Origin: Malacoraja senta | Taxonomy: Eukaryota | Direction of reading: 5' to 3' | Assembly: GCA_038087875.1 (NCBI GenBank) | Contig: CM075981.1 | Coordinates: 19,220,001 to 19,284,000, forward strand | Length of the DNA: 64,000 nt | Shown here: in pieces, positions 61,201 to 64,000 of the stretch | Layout of the letters: each line of letters opens with the position of its first letter | Numbering within the stretch: the first letter of the stretch is position 1 | Position numbers and translations under genes: made by a program | The notes under the pieces: generated by a model | Told to the model about the DNA's origin: nothing | Database searches by the model: none | The model's input: the letters and a program-made list of their open reading frames with translations, nothing else

Positions 61201-63685
61201 ATGTAAAATTTTAAATTGGATTAGATTATGTCTTGCGTTAATCGAACACTTGTGAATGTATGTCAAATACTTTTCCCATGTAGCCTTCGTAATTTTTATC
61301 AATAGTTCCCGTACCCACTCTTCTCTACCTCGGTCACAGGTAAATCTATATTTAAGATATTATTATATAAATATGCTATTAATTTTTGTGTATCAGCTTT
61401 TATATTCATTACTTCTTCTAGTAAATCAGGAGTTATTTTTTGATATCCCTGTATGTAAGTCTTCAAAAAATTACAAATCTGAAAATATTTAAAATAATGA
61501 GTGTTTTTCAGTTTAAATTTTAATTGTAATTGTTGAAATGATAATAAATCTCCCATTTCATACATATCCCCGATCCTTTTAATTCCTAAACTTTCCCATT
61601 GATTATATATTTTGTCCATCATAGATGGTTTAAATAAAGGTTTATTCGCTATCGGTGTTAACAATGATAGGTTTCTTAATTTTAAGGATAGTTTTATTTG
61701 TTTCCATATTCTTATTGTATCTTGTATAATTGGGTTTTTCTTATATATTGTATTGTTCATTTTTTTCGGGGAGAAGAGGATTGTTCCTATATTACAAGGA
61801 TAACAATCCTCTTTCTCCATTTTTATCCATTCTGTCTGTTGAGTTGAACTATCCAACCAGTAAATTATATTCTTAATATGTATTGCCCAATAGTAATACA
61901 AAAAATTAGGGAGTGAAAGTCCCCCGACATCTTTTGGTTTACATAAGTGTTCTTTTTTAATTCTATGTGATTTGTAATCCCAAACAAAATTAGTAATATT
62001 AGCATTCAGTTTAGAAAAAAAATATTTTGGTACATATACTGGTATAGATTGAAATAGGTATAATAACTGTGGTAAGAAGCTCATTTTAATAGCATTTATT
62101 CTGCCTATTAATGATAAAGGGAGTGTTTTCCAAAATTTTATCATTATATTAAGTTTATTTATTAAGGGTATAAAATTAGCATTGAATAAAGCTTTATGTT
62201 TTCTAGTAATCTGTATACCCAGATATTTGAATTTTTCTGTTGCTATTTTAAAGGGGAATTTCAATAAGTGTGTGGATTCTTGAGGTTTTAACGTCATAAT
62301 TTCACTTTTGTTCCAGTTTATTCTATATCCTGAAAAGGACCCAAATTCCTCTATTAAATTTAATAAATTTGGTATGCTCGTTTGTGAATTTGTTATATAT
62401 AACAAAATATCGTCTGCATACAATGAAATTTTATTATTTGAGTCCCTAGTATTATAACCCTGAATATTCGGATGGCTTCTTATACTTTCAGCCAGAGGTT
62501 CTATCATAAGGGCAAATAGCAGGGGTGATAAAGCACATCCCTGCCTATTACCCCTTGATAATTGAAATTTTTGAGATAACATGCTGTTAGTTAATATTCT
62601 TGCCATCGGTTTATCATATAATAATTTCACCCATGCAATAAAATTCTCTCCCATATTAAATTTTTGTAATACTATGTATAAATACTGACATTCTACCTGA
62701 TCAAATGCTTTCTCTGCGTCCAAAGAAATAATTGCTAAGTCTTTTTCTTCCTTTTTATGTGAGTACATTATATTAAACAGGCGTCTCAAATTATTAAATG
62801 AATATCTTTTGGGTATAAACCCCGTTTGATCAGGGATTATCAATTTACTAATATATTTGCTTAGTCTTCTAGCTAAAGTCTTTGCTAGAATTTTCTGGTC
62901 GGTATTTAAAAGTGATATAGCTCTATATGAGCCCGGTTCCTCTAGATCTTTATCTTTCTTTGGAATAAGCGTAATAGTTGATTCTGCTAATGTTTCAGGT
63001 AATTTATTTTCTTTAAAAACGTGAGTATATAAATTAAATAGATAGGGGGTCGTTATCTCACTAAAAAGACAATACGGGGAGAAAATATGAGGTACGAGTG
63101 TAAGCTAGCCAAGAATATAAAGCAGAATAGTAAAAGCTTCTTTAGGTATGTGAAGAGGAAAAAATTAGTTAAGACCAAAGTTGGACCCTTGAAGACCGAA
63201 AAAGGTGAATTTATTATGGGGAACAAGGAAATGGCAGATGAGTTGAACAGATACTTTGGATCTGTCTTCACTGAGGAGGACACAAACAATCTTCCTGATA
63301 TAGTAGTGGCCAGAGGATCTGGGTGACAGAGGAACTGAAGGAAATCCACATTAGGCAGGAAATGGTGTTGGGTAGACTGATGGGACTGAAGGCTGATAAA
63401 TCCCCTGGGCCTGATGGTCTGCATCCCAGGGTACTTAAGGAAGTGGCTCCAGAAATCGTGGATGCATTGGTGATAATTTTCCAACGTTCTATAGACTCAG
63501 GATCCGTTCCTGTGGATTGGAGGGTAGCTAATTTTATCCCACTTTTTAAGAAAGGCGGGAGAGAGAAAACGGGGAATTATAGACCAGTTAGCCTGACATC
63601 GGCGGTGGGGAAGATGCTGGAGTCATTTATAAAAGATGAGATAGCCGCACATTTGGATAGCAGTATCAGGATCGGTCCGAGTCAG
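58250..63685 (+). mobile_element. CR1 LINE with Zn-finger/SGNH-esterase ORF1 and ORF2 5' part, interrupted by L1 and truncated by DIRS
   Basis: ORF1 has CEAC..CYNC and VVGDSIIRG..GTND. Endonuclease has YMNARSIRNK..TETWL, MGDFN and SDHN. RT start ADKSPGPDGLHPRVLKE..NYRPVSLTS. Confidence 0.9.
60423..63060 (-). mobile_element. Young 5'-truncated L1 with 24-bp TSD
   Basis: CTAAAAAGACAATACGGGGAGAAA at 60399-60422 and 63061-63084. ORF 61299-62843 (SLDAEKAFD, NRQGCALSP, LYADD) plus 60736-61302, separated by one frameshift. Confidence 0.93.
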
Positions 63686-64000
63686 AATAGTAAGATTAAA
63701 CGAGAACTTACCTAAGTTTGAAGTTTGATCTTTATTTTATGAGGAGTTACGTAGGTGATTACGTGAAGAACCCCGCCAGTGCGCCTGCGCGTCAATCTTC
63801 AAAGCAGCGGTGTGAAATCACAAAAAACAACAACCGAAGTAATATAGTCTCATACTAAAATGAGTAAGACAAGAACTTCCATCTGACCTTTATGATAGAG
63901 GGTAGGGTCGTGGTGGGCACGTAATCACCTACGTAACTCCTCATAAAATAAAGATCAAACTTCAAACTTAGGTAAGTTCTCGTTTAATCTTACTATTTTA
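63686..64000 (-). mobile_element. 3' end (right ITR and ICR) of a second DIRS1-like element, running out of the window
   Basis: Reverse-complement homology to 40195-40492; internal inverted repeat 63686-63760 versus 63920-63997. Confidence 0.85.

Overview
Vertebrate genomic DNA with several N gaps, most likely from a cartilaginous fish (skate/ray-type repeat landscape; inferred, not proven). The host-gene content is a convergent pair of CD2/SLAM-family Ig receptors. Gene A (+) has an IgC2 exon, a TM exon and two cytoplasmic exons carrying the ITSM TIYAQV and the motif SVYDTV; its IgV exon lies upstream of the window. Gene B (-) has an IgV exon, an IgC2 exon identical to gene A at 88/94 aa, and an unrelated Arg-containing short-tail TM exon that is out of frame as assembled. 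Most of the rest is nested transposons: a full-length L1 with a second L1 inside it, a young truncated L1, CR1, L2, Rex1, Tx1, Penelope elements carrying hammerhead-ribozyme cores, short palindromic hammerhead-type retroelements with 13-14 bp TSDs, DIRS, Gypsy, hAT, a Harbinger MITE and a THAP-bearing fold-back ISL2EU-like element. The long ORFs at 43.5-47 kb are low-complexity artefacts. All coordinates and alignments were read by eye; no searches were run.
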